Assembly (NCBI GenBank): GCA_043228905.1
Contig: JBHGNT010000002.1
Coordinates: 16,616,001-16,680,000, forward strand
From: Azolla caroliniana
Taxonomy: Eukaryota; Plantae; Polypodiophyta
Reading direction: 5' to 3'
DNA: 64,000 nucleotides
Shown here one piece after another: positions 26,301 through 37,781 of the stretch (position 1 is its first letter; each line of letters opens with the position of its first letter). The position numbers were made by a program, and so were the translations under genes. Under the pieces are notes generated by a model. It saw nothing but the letters and a program-made list of their open reading frames with translations, had not been told where the DNA came from and did no database searches.

Positions 26301-27285
26301 AAGTGTGTGAGCTGGAGAGCTATGCAGAAGCGATGAAGGATGCAAACTGGCGTGCCACGATGGAGGAAGAAACACGAGCATTATCGGACAACGAGACTTG
26401 GAACTTGGTTGACGCCCCGAAGGGCGTGAAGTTGATCGGATGTAGGTGGGTGTACAAGGTCAAGTACAATGCCGACGGCTTATTCAACCGATATAAGGCC
26501 CGGTTGGTGGCCAAGGGCTACGTGTAAAAACACGACATCGATTACAATGAGACCTTCACGTTGGTCGCGAAGATGAAGACCGTCCGTGTTCTGCTTGCAG
26601 TCACCGTGGCAAAGCAGTGGTACTTACATCATATGGATGTAAAGAACGCGTTCTTGCAAGGTGATCTTCAGGAACAAGTGTACATGCTACAACCCCCTCA
26701 ATTTCTACAGGAACAGAACACATAGGCAGTATGCCGATTGAAGAAGTCATTGTACGGACTGAAGCAAGACCCGTGCGCCTAGAACGCAAACATCATGCAA
26801 CGCTTGTGAAGGATGGGGTTTGCTCCGTCGAAATCGAACAGTTCATTGTTCATTCAGCCAAGTCGGACCGGACCAGTGCAGACCTCGGAGAAATCTGTTG
26901 TGCAAAGTCTCAGCTAGCTCGGGGCATCGTTCAAAATGAAGGATCTCGAGGACCTTCATTACTTCCTCAGGATCGAAGTGATCCGAACCCCCGAGGCATA
27001 TTGATAAGACAATGCCACTATGTGTTGAATATGCTCTTCAAGTTCGGGATGACGGACTGTAGATCCGTCTCAACCCCTCTAGACAGAAACGTGAAGCTTC
27101 GCCAAAATTCGGGAAAGGTGTGCAACCCGACACGGTTCCCACAAATTGGCAAAATCCTCATCTACTTGACCATCACTCGATCAAACCTCATTTACCGGTC
27201 AGACTTATTAGTCAATTCATGTCACAGCCAAAGGCCGAACACCTTCAATGTGCGCAAAGGATATTGCAATATGTTTGCGGCACTA

Positions 27286-28092
27286 TGACGGGAACTCAAC
27301 GCTCCTTATGCACAACGCTCGGCCACAACCGAGCTTAGAATCATACACAGAAAATAGGAAACGAAAAACACAACACAAAGGAGAGAAAAGGTGCACAGGA
27401 CGTTTACGTGGAAAACCCAAACTAAGGGAAAAACCACGGCAGCCCACAAGCTGCAAACTATTACTATGTTGGAATGTACAAAACAGTGAGTTCACGGAGG
27501 CAACGACCTCGTGCTCACGGTCTTCACCACAGGCGGCGGTTACAACAGAGGCAACGACCTCTTTCTCTCTCTCTCTCTCTCTGTACACTGTTACGTGCTC
27601 GCTCTTCTACTTCTTGCACCAACAAGAATAATTAACAACAACTATAACAACAACCCCAGTTATAAGTTTGCCCTAAGTCATATTTATACTAATATGACTT
27701 TTCGGCTATTTACAAATATAGCCTCGATGGACTCTCAGAAACATATTTACGAATATGTCTCTTCATCCGGTTCTCACCGGGTCTGCACCATCCGACTCAC
27801 CATAGCCGGGTACTCCTCATCCGGTTCTCACCGGGTCTACGTCATTTGGCTCTCCTTAGCCGGGTACTCATCCGGTTCTCATCGGGTCTGCATCATCCGG
27901 CTCTCCGTAGAAGGGTACTCCTCATCCGGTTCTCACCGCGTCTGCGTCATCCGGCTCTCCGTAGCCGGGTACTCCTCATCCGGTTCTCACCGGGTCTGCG
28001 TCATCCGGCTCTCCGTAGCCGGGTACTCCTCATCCGGTTCTCATCGGCACTGTTCTTCTTTCTTCCCATCTGGAGGGACCTGTCTCCCAACA
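27286..28092 (-). mobile_element. Solo LTR of Tnt1/Tork-like copia inserted in copia-A RT/RH
   Basis: TG...CA; TTTACGTGGAAAACCC...GGGAAAAACCACGG motif shared with the LTR at ~28936; host frame resumes after 28092; no clean TSD. Confidence 0.7.
27757..28047. repeat. 54-bp tandem repeat, ~5.3 copies, inside LTR
   Basis: TCATCCGGTTCTCA recurs at 27763, 27817, 27868, 27922, 27976, 28030. Confidence 0.92.
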
Positions 28093-28935
28093 AGGGTGTT
28101 ATTGTATTGGGCAAGAGTACCCGAGGAGTTAATCAATTGCACGTATTTCAATTCGGCCGGAAATGCCGGCGATCTCAAGTCAACATATGGATTCGCGTTT
28201 TCATTGGGAAACGTCGTGATCGCCTAGAGCAGCAAGAAGTTGCCACAGTGGCATTGTCAAGCATTCAGGCCAAGTATTAAGGGGCAATTGTCGCTACATG
28301 CGAAGCCATTTGGCTAAAAGGGCAATTAAAGGAAAAGCTAGAGTCGAGAAGGACAGAGCCAACCGGGTGAAGGCCAAGACCAGAACATGGGCAAATGTGG
28401 TAAAGGGCTGGAAAGAGGACGAATCAGAGACATCTAATTCGGTCAAGAGTCGAATTGAATCGAAAGCAGTCGATTCAATTGAAATGTTCGATTCGGAGGA
28501 GCCGAATCGATTGGTCAAGTGGACATGGAGGCCGCCAAAGCCGACACCAATATAGAGGAGGTGATGGGTCAAAGGGTGCCAATACTGAGACGACGAGGGA
28601 GCTGATAAGGGCCACGGCTGTAGACAAGCCGACTATAGAGGTCGAGGTGCACAGAACCAGACAAGTCGAGGAGCATCGGACTGAAGAGGTCATGGGACGC
28701 AAGGTCAGACTAGATGAGGAGCACGAGCGAGGCATCGATATGCCAGAAGAAGAGATTGGAGTAACAAATCAGTCAGAGCTGACAGGGCGGGACATCATTT
28801 TGAGCTTGAGGGGGAGTGAGAGACAAGCTCAACATGGGTCGAATCTGTTCAAGAAGCAGAGAGCCGAGAGACGAGAGCCGAATTGAAGAGAGTTTGATTC
28901 GGGTGAGCCGAGTAGGAAGTATTTCGAAAGGCCGT

Positions 28936-30244
28936 TGAAGGCCTATATTCCTATTATACTGAATAGTATCAAGGAAACTAATCATTATTTCACACGAAAA
29001 GAATATGCTGAAATTCACAACTCGGAAACACAAGAAAAGTGTACATAGATTTAACGGGCGAACCCCAAACGGGGAAAACCACAGGAATAGAGATTCCACT
29101 ATACACAAGAGAGTATAGAAAAACGGTTACAATCTTCTCTGATGCACATAGAGGATAACCTGCTTAGGGTTCTTAGCAAGTTCGCTGAACTTTGTTGTCG
29201 CTCTCTCACACACACACTCTCTCTTCTCTATCTAGCTCCGCTACAAATGCTCACACACTATTCTGTTCTACACTCAAATTGTTTGCCCTAAGTGTATTTA
29301 TACTTATACCCTGTATAGGCGTTTTACAAATGTAGACACTGATATTGTCATTCCTATTATTATCTAATATTAATAATAGTCTTACTAATCAGTCGACTCA
29401 TCCGTCGACTGTCGGGTCGATCTGACTAGTCGTCTTGGTCATCGACCATCCGGTCCGCCTGACTAGCCGGTCGTGTCTTCGACCTCAATCAACTCTCTCT
29501 GAGTTGACTCGTCAACCGTCGGCTCTCATCCGATTAGTCGGTTTCTCACTATCTTTGATTGTCGGCTCTCTCCGAGAAATCGGCTCCTCCCACTGTAGGG
29601 ACATATTCCTAACAAACTCCCCCTTCACTCTTGTGAGGAGGAGTTAGTTATTCCTGTCCTCTATCGACAGACTCTTTTCAGCATGTCAGATCCATTGTTG
29701 TCAGTATGGATCTTCAACTTTCTCCCATAGCCAATGATACCTTCTCTATATATGCTTCTTCCGGGAGTGGTATGAAACATTCTTGGGTAGACGTATGGCA
29801 CTCTGGGTAGATGCAACATTCTTGGGTAGATGCTTCTGCAATCATGACTGCCACGACACTGCTCCCCCTGCGTAGGTCATCACATACCTTGATGTGGATC
29901 GGCTTGAGTCTACATTCCCAGACATGTCAGAGTTGGTAAACCCTTCGAGCATAGGTTTTCCAATGCTATACTTAAGACACACACTCGAGGTGCCTTTTAA
30001 GTACCTGAGTATCCATTTCACCGCTACCCAGTGTTCTCATCCTGGATTACTCATGTATCGGCTTACTGTTCCCCCAACAAAAGCTATGTCTGGTCTCGTG
30101 CAGACCATAACATACATTAGACTAACAACGGCTGAGGCATATGGTACTTTTCTCATCTCAGGCTTTTCTTTCTCCCCTCTGGAGCATTGCTTTTAATTTA
30201 ACTTGCAGTTAGTCGGTAACACAATACCGATCAGCTTCGCTTCT
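28936..30244 (-). mobile_element. Tnt1/Tork-like copia 3' fragment: RT/RH remnant, PPT and 3' LTR (~28936-29614)
   Basis: HWVAVKWILRYLKG and KIHTDNNGSDML on the minus strand; PPT GAAGGGGGAG next to LTR terminus. Confidence 0.8.
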
Positions 30245-30570
30245 TGTTGTTGGGGTGGGGGGTGAAGCCTAGAATGATTTCACCCCCCTCCCAAGGGGGT
30301 TACGCGAGAGAGAGAAAGAAGGAGAGTGAAAATAAGAAGTGACACAAAATGAGATGGGAAAAAAGAAAATCTCATTACATGCCCCACAAGGGGTTTATAT
30401 AATACATAATGTAACGGTAAATAATATGTCTGTTACAAAAAGAGACCATTACATTCTTGTCACATGCACATAATTGTGCATGTGCTCACACATACTCATC
30501 CTCACACTCATATACATTACACATACCGATAACCCCTTTAACGTGTTTTACCCTTATACCGCCCCGTACA
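30245..30570. mobile_element. LTR-like fragment with terminal G/C hairpin; related stub at ~18109-18165
   Basis: Begins TGTTGTTGGGGTGGGGGGTGAAGCC...TTTCACCCCCC at the point where copia RT stops; right end uncertain. Confidence 0.4.
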
Positions 30571-30879
30571 ACTCCTATGGGTAACACATGGCACGCCTGT
30601 GGGACAGTGCATCGCATGGTGAACCCACTCGCCATGGCAACTATTAACGACTGGAACTCCATCAGTCGTCTCAACGGTGAGAAATCCATCAACTGGATCA
30701 TAGCTCTACGACCGATAATTTCGATCGAAGCATTGCTTGACTCAAACCTTCTCGTTCAGTTAGCATGTCGCTCAATTGGATCATACACCAATTGGCTCCT
30801 CCATTACGACATGGGCCTTTCATGATTCTGTTACATGTATTTGTAATTTTTGGTTTCGTCATGTGAATTGAGCTTTGTA

Positions 30880-33000
30880 TTTTGTACCCTTGGTCTCTAA
30901 AAATTTTACCTTGATATTTTTTGAAATTTTATTTTCGGCCCTTGTGTTTTCGAAATTCTACATTTTGCCCTCCAATTTTTGAAATCTCAAGTCATGCCCT
31001 TGAGCTTTTGAAATTTCATCTCATACCTCTCTTCTCTTTCTTCGTTTCCTTCTGTCTCCTCTTTTTCTTCTTGTGCGTTCTTCTCTTCTTCTACTTCTTC
31101 TTCCTCCTCTTCATTTCTTCCTGTTTTCTTGCTCTGTGTGTGTATGTTCTTCCTTTGTCTTCTATTTTCTTTTTCTCTCTATTCTTTCTTATTCCTCTTC
31201 TATAGTCAAATTCGTCGTGTCTATTTCTATTTCTTCTTTGTCTTTTTCTGCGTTCTTTTTCTCTCTGTCTTCTGTTCCCCTTCCTTTCCCCTGCTCCCTC
31301 GTTTCGATCTTGTTGACCTCTTTTCCTTTTTCTTCTTCTGTTTTTTGTGCATTGTTCTGTCTTCCACGTATCTTCTCATTTCTTCCTTTCCTCTTCTTGG
31401 TTCGTCTTCTTCCATTGGTTGTCTCTGGCCCGTCTCCATCTACCTGTGCGTCGCCTCTATTGGCATGTTGTCCGATGTCCAACCGGCTGGCCAGTTCCGT
31501 CCGTGGCCATCTATCGGGCTGGTGATTCGTCTGGTCGTCTTTGTTTGTCTACCGTGTCTGTCCAATGGCAATCGTTTGGCTGCGTCTCGACCACGTCTCG
31601 GTTTCTCGGCCATGTCTTGGTCGTGCGCCTCAGCAACGAGTCTGGGTCGTACTCTCGGCCACGCGTCTTAGCTGCACGTCTCAGCCGTATTCTGTGCCAT
31701 GCATCTCGACCACGCTGTCGTAGTGTATTTTGTACACTACGTGAAAAACGTATATAGTATTAGATTCAATAAAAAATGAAGAAATAGAAGAAAATAGCAA
31801 AATAAATGGAACATGCATAGGGCAAGATTCGAACCTTGCACCTCCATGTTAATAATGTAATGTCTTACCATTACATTAGCATTTCATTAGTGTTAAAGCA
31901 TAGATGTCCCACATAGAAAGGTAAATTCACGCTAGGATAAACATTAGAAAAACGCATAACAAAAGAAAAAGCTACACATACACATCTAGCGTGCATGATA
32001 AAAAACGCACAAGTTAGAAAAAAAAGCATGTTCACTTTAGATAAAGCATATAGTCTATCTATAGGAAAAGCATGGGGTCCATAGTTAGAGAAAAAGCATG
32101 GATTACTAAGACTTCCTCATCACTACATAAGGATGGGGAGCACAATGTAATTGTGTGTGAAAAATATTTGGAAACTGGATATGTTTCTAAAAAACACCAA
32201 TTAATAAACTATACTCGTGGGATTCACGAGAATTCTATATCATTCTCTTTCAATCTAAATTCATATTCTTACATATTTAATATTGATTAATGTAATACTT
32301 GTGGGATTCACAAGGTTTGATCTCTTTTCTCAATATACTCTAATCTATTCTAAACTATTTCAATTTATTACTACGATTAAGATAAACTAAAACAATTATA
32401 CTTGTGGAATTCACAAGTTTCTATATCTCTTTCTTATAATCCATTGATATTCATAATTAGATTAGCCTCAAATTCTTCCTCCTCCTAGTCCAAAACCCCG
32501 GTGGTTCCCACCCGACTCACGCAAACGATCCGGAGCCGAAAGGCACGACAACGCGTCTCGGCCATATTTTGGGCTGCTTATCTTGGCCACGCGTCTCGGC
32601 ATATTCTGGGTCGCGCATCTCGGCCATATTCTTAGCCTCGCGTCTCAGTTATGCTTTCCGTCGTGCGTCTCGACTGTCATTTTTTGGCCATTGCTTGGCC
32701 GTACTCTCGGCCAAATTTTGGTTGTCCTCTCGACAATGGTCATTCTCGACCATTGCCATCTGCCGGTTGTCACCGTTCATCGGTTGTCGGACCTTTGGAG
32801 TCGGTTGTCTCCAGAGTCGTTAGCAGGCTGCCTGTTCATCTCCATGGCTGTGTCTACGTTTGTCCGTCTGTCAGTTGTCGGACATTTGCCCGACCGTCGC
32901 CGTCCGCTGACTATCTTCGTCCGTTCGATCGTCCGACCGTCTGTCAAGGGTTGTCGGATAGTCTCTGATGAAGTTCCTCCTCCTTCAGAGTTAGGGTAGA
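30880..33000. repeat. Unclassified repeat: pyrimidine-rich tract (~31020-31420) and degenerate CTCGGCCACGCGTCTC repeats
   Basis: Low complexity and motif recurrence visible on both sides of the solo LTR; element class not determined. Confidence 0.5.
31716..32550 (+). mobile_element. Solo LTR of the gag-only family, perfect 4-bp TSD ACGC
   Basis: TGTCGTAG...GCACGACA; homologous to 3403-4275; ACGC at 31712-31715 and 32551-32554. Confidence 0.92.
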
Positions 33001-33044
33001 TCCATTTCAATCAAGACATAACACACTAGACCATTACAGTCAAG

Positions 33045-34190
33045 TTCATTCTCTCGGCCAGTCCGTAAAGCTATGGCGTCTTCGACACAGTATACTCGAG
33101 CCGGATTCCCTGTGCTTAGCAATATTCTTTGAATGGTCTACGGTACTCTCCGGCATTGTCTGCTCGGACTGCCTTCAACTTTCGGCTGGTTTCCCTCTCG
33201 GATCTCGCATGGAACTCTTTGAAGACGGATAATACTTGATCCTTTGTCTTTAGCACGGAAGTCCACAACTTCTAGCTAGAGTCATCTATGAAGGTCACGA
33301 AATACTATGATCCAGCATGAGACTTCGTGTCCACCTAGCATACGTCCGTATGCGCGAGTTCCAACGACATTTTCTTCCTCATCGGGGGCCTCTATTGGAA
33401 TGAGGTTTGATTTTGCTTGCCGGCCAGGCCATCGACACACTTGTTGAGATGCACTTTCTTCATCTCCGGCAGGAGTTCTTTCTCAGCTACCATCTACATT
33501 CCCTTCTGGCTCATGTGGCATAGCCTCTTGTGCCACAACTCATCGGATGTGTCGGTTGCTACGTTTACTTCCCCTCATTTTTACAAGACCATGGTCTCCG
33601 GCCTTGTATGATGAGAAGCACTTTCGAACAGGGGTTAGGTGAAATGACGCACTCGAATCGACCACCCATGTCGATTCTTCACCGACGAGATTAACCTCAT
33701 TTCATTCACTATTGAACAATAGATCCTCTTTACTCACAACGATTACTGAGGTGTTCTTTCTGTCTGATATTTTCTTCAGCTCTACACCATCAGCTCCCTC
33801 TTTCTCCTTTCGAAAGTGTCGGCAATTCTTTTGAAAGTGCCCGGGCTTCCCACAATAGCAGCACATGAGCCTTCTCCTAGACTTCAACCTTGTCCCCGAC
33901 TTATCTCAATTTTGGGGATGTCGATTTGAGGCTCATCCTCGATTCCTATCACTTTCCGTGATGAGGGCCTTCAAGTCAGTATTGAACTCTCGGTCTTTCC
34001 AGTGAGCTTCTTCATTCAACAAGCTCGAGGGATAAGTGTTTCCCTTGCGGTCCCGAGTTGCCTAATGTGACAACCAGTGTTTCCCTGTTGTCCGAAAGGG
34101 ATCCCAACAACAACAGTGCTAATACCTCGTCGGCAAGTGGTACTTTTAGAGAGGTGGTTTGGTTCATCAGTCCTTGGAAGGCGTATGCCT
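33045..34190 (-). mobile_element. Tnt1/Tork-like copia internal fragment (gag knuckle, PR, IN)
   Basis: CCYCGKPGHFQKNC, WVVDSSASFH, LWHKRLCHMSQKG, YFVTFIDD. Confidence 0.8.
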
Positions 34191-34423
34191 CAATGATTTT
34201 TGTAGGTCAGTCGACTCCGACTCGTATGTATTTGTCGGTTTCTTAGATTCGATGTTAGCTGTCTCAGATGACCAAGTGGGAAAGGTCGAAAAGAGAAAAG
34301 ACAAAGGGGGCGGTTACAGCGAGCGAAGAAGAAGGGTGGGGCCGAAGCGTAGTTAAGAGGGCATACCAACCAAAACATTCATGAGGGGTAACGGTTCACG
34401 CATCGCGTGTAACCACCCATGAC

Positions 34424-34880
34424 TGTTAATCGGCTAATTACTAACTATTACCGATACAGAAGAGTGAACGTCGCTACTCAACGTTCTAACAAGGAATTGT
34501 GTTTTACGAACGGAATTATGCTATATTAATCGGTAATTACCGTGATCGTTACTTAGTTATAAATTAGGAAGCTTGCACTTAAGATCATAGACAACAGAGA
34601 AACACAGAATCCGTACAAGATATTCCTAACTTAAACTTATATTACTAAATAAAACGACGTTTCTTACAATGCCTTTGGTTCCCTTTTATAGGTATACCGA
34701 AGGTCTTTTCTCATCAAGAACTATTCCTACTCCCTAACAAGATTTACAAAATTATCTAACTAACTTAGTTCTCTTCGTTTTACTGCTGAGTCATTGATCC
34801 GAACAGTCGATCCGAACCGACTCTGTTTTCGACGCTTTCCCACCTGTTCGGTAAAACTGACTGTCCGGGTCCGGGTAACA
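34424..34880 (-). repeat. 3' LTR of intact gypsy
   Basis: TGTTA...TAACA; CCTATAAAAGGG TATA on the minus strand. Confidence 0.97.
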
Positions 34881-34924
34881 CTTGGCACGACCGTGGGCCA
34901 GGACCTTGTCCGGCGAACCCACGC

Positions 34925-37573
34925 CTATTCCTGTAGCTCTTCATCCGAATCGTTCAGAATATCAAAAATCGAAGGCTCATCTGGCCTTGGATGTATTCCA
35001 CCTATATCTTCCTCTTCATCTTCGTCTGTGTCCAAGTCGTCCTTCGGAGCAGGTTGTGATTCGGTTGGCTGCTCTGGTTCACTTCTTCCGGAAGCTTGAA
35101 TACCAGGAGTCTTGCTGGTTCTTTCGGCTTCGATTTTATCCAACTGGACGGAAGTGCCTATATCATTTTTGTCGAATTCTTGCATAATACGTTGAATTTC
35201 TTCTCTGTAAAATGCCGCAATTTCATCCATATCTTTCATGATATCCTCTTGGATATTGTCAATATCCTTTTGTGCCATTTTAAAAAAACCTGCACCTTGT
35301 ACCTGACGGTTATTTTTGTCGGCACGCAATATCTGTAATTCCGCCGCTTGTGCTGTCCATAACTTCCATCCTTGCGCAAGGGATTCATCGATCAGTTTCT
35401 TTGCTAGAGTTCGATGTTTACCTATGATGTGCTGCACTTTGTCCCTAGTGATGCTTGCGACGTATTGGGCGGTTTGCAACTCTTTCTGTAAATCCGTAAT
35501 AGTGGTTCGGTTCTCACTTTCAGCTCGCATTAGTTTGGATTCGACTACATATATATCCAGCCGTCTTTGTTCCGCTATCTTCCGAATTTCGTCCAGTTGT
35601 TGTTCGAATGCCGATTTCTCTCTACTCCATTCCTCCTGCTGTTCCGTCATTCTTCTGTTGACTTCTTCAAGACTCTGTTGTTTTTCTGTCAATTGACTTT
35701 CCTATGACACTATATACCTTTCAAATTCTTCAATTTGTTCGGTATATGTATGATTGGCCGTCTTAGCTTCTTCTAGATTTTTCTGTAATTCGTTTATTAC
35801 TTGATTTTTTTCTTCGAGAGCTTTGTATTGACCATTCTGAATGGTTTCTATTTGTTTTTCTAATTCTGTAGTTCGAAATACTGCCTTGTTGGCCCTTGTT
35901 GTTTCTGCTTGACGTGCTTTCTCAACATCCTCTAATTTCTGTTGCCATTCTGACTCCGACACCATAAGCCGTGCCTGTGTTTCCCATTTGTTTAGACTTT
36001 CCTTTAGTTCTTTATTTTCTGCTTGTATGTTACAAAACTGATGCTTCAGCACCTCCGCCGATGCTGATACACTTTTGTATCTTTCAGCCATATCACTGGC
36101 TGCTTTGCGTGCCGTTTCATATTCTTTATGAATTTCGACCAGTGCTTCATGTAATGGTGGCATTTCAATAGCCTCCCCTCTATGCTGTGCACTTCTTTTC
36201 CGGCCTATTTTCTCTATCTCTGCTTTTTCTTGAGGTTCCAACACTCCTCGTAAGGCTTTCTGTATCATTATTCGGTCATTATGTTCTTGAGCCAGCCGTT
36301 CTGATACTTCTGTCAGTCTTTTAGCCAACCATTCAACCAGTTCGTATGAAGTTCCGAACTGTAAAATGGCAGCTAATTCATGTGCTGCTGGTGGGATATC
36401 CAAGTATCCATGTGCTTCCCGAATGGCTACTTTTGAAGATTGTCCTTGGTGAGGTTGTGTCGAAATGCTCTCATTCCCTGGTTTTAGTACTTCTGTTACC
36501 ACAGGCGTATTCGACTTTTCATTTGTGCGTTGCCTTTTCGGTGCTGATCCCTCACTGTTTTCTGGTTGGAATTGCCGATTAGCCTTTTGTTTAATCCTTG
36601 TTCTTTGTCTCATCTTCTCTGCTTGTTGTCGATTTTCTGTCGGCTGTTGCTTGTTTCTCAAATTGTCAACTGTTTCTGGTTGTCTGTTTTCGGAATTCTC
36701 TGGTCTAGGTGATTCCGACTGAGACATATTTGTTTGTATATTATCGGCATGTGCCGATTCTTCTTCTATCCATTCTTCATGTACTAGCTGTCGGTGTCTT
36801 CGTGGTGCTTGTATTATCGGTGGTCTTCTTGACTGAACAGGAGTTTCCGATTCTTGAATCGGAAACAATACTGATAACCAACGACCAAAAATTTGCTTCA
36901 TCGGTTTTCCTGTTTTTACCCCTTGTAGCTGCTCTCTCAGAGCTTCCCCCGACAATAGTGGCCAGTTGAAATCCTCTTTTTCATATGCGGCTATAATAAA
37001 CCCAGCCCTTTTTTTCGGCATACAATAAAAACGAGGACTGACAAATCCCACCTCTAGTAAAAACCTAGCCACTTCATGAAAAAACTCATCCCAACCTCCA
37101 TAAGTCTGATATGCTTTTGCCGAGGGTGAGTATTCCCCGAAATACGATTGGAGTGCTTCTGATGAAGGTTTTTTAACTGCCTCAAAACCTCCTCTTGGCA
37201 TTTGTAATGCATTTCGTATTTTCTTTGTGGTGATTTTGGTGATGTCTATTTGTTGTACCAATTCTTTCGCCTGCGGATGAGGTTCCGCTTCTGCTACTTT
37301 GATGAAACCTTGTAAGTTTCTCTCATGAAGCCACAATCGCAGTTCTTCAGATACAGGAATCGGCATGACTTCTGTGTTTCCTTGTTCTGAATCACTTGTC
37401 GATGACAGTTGCAGATCTGCACAGTTTCTGTAGCGATGAAAATCAGAAAAACAGAGTTTGGGCGAACTAGGGCACGAAGGAGGCTCAGACTGTTTCGATA
37501 TCTGCACTCGTTTCTGTTGTTTTGGCGATACAGACGATACAGAAATATGCTTTAAAGATATTAATTTATGCAT
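34925..37573 (-). CDS. Additional 3' ORF (~880 codons, one in-frame TAG at 35702-35704): globular N-domain, disordered linker, long coiled coil, acidic tail
   Basis: ORFs 35702-37573 and 34925-35692 are in the same frame separated by one stop; no obvious transmembrane segment. Confidence 0.8.
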
Positions 37574-37750
37574 GATGACTTAAAGAATAGTAATTGCTAT
37601 TAATGTAGGAATTAATTAGTATTCACTCTACGTGTAGTGGTTGTACTCCTTACTAATAATCATGCAATTCCTCTTTCTATTTATAGTCGATTCATACTGT
37701 TATGGCAAGATTGTATTTCTGCATTTGACAAGAACTATTGAGTGAGTTAG

Positions 37751-37776
<26 letters not shown>

Positions 37777-37781
<5 letters not shown>

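Larger units (their letters stand above)
22207..28935 (+). mobile_element. Copia-A element, heavily degenerate, both LTRs truncated by other insertions
   Basis: PBS TGATATCAGAGC 23372-23383; gag from ~23478; PR (WYVDSG), IN, RT (IGCRWVYKVK), partial RH; PPT and 3' LTR start near 28817; ~99-bp tandem duplication at ~25357-25550. Confidence 0.88.

Noticed and set aside
27511-28280. Repeat-protein ORFs (SSSGSHRV...)
   Set aside because: Translation of a 54-bp LTR minisatellite.
30921-31757. Hydrophobic F/L/S-rich membrane-protein-like ORFs
   Set aside because: Artefact of a pyrimidine-rich tract that lacks stop codons.
34925-37573. Envelope gene
   Set aside because: No signal peptide or transmembrane segment visible.
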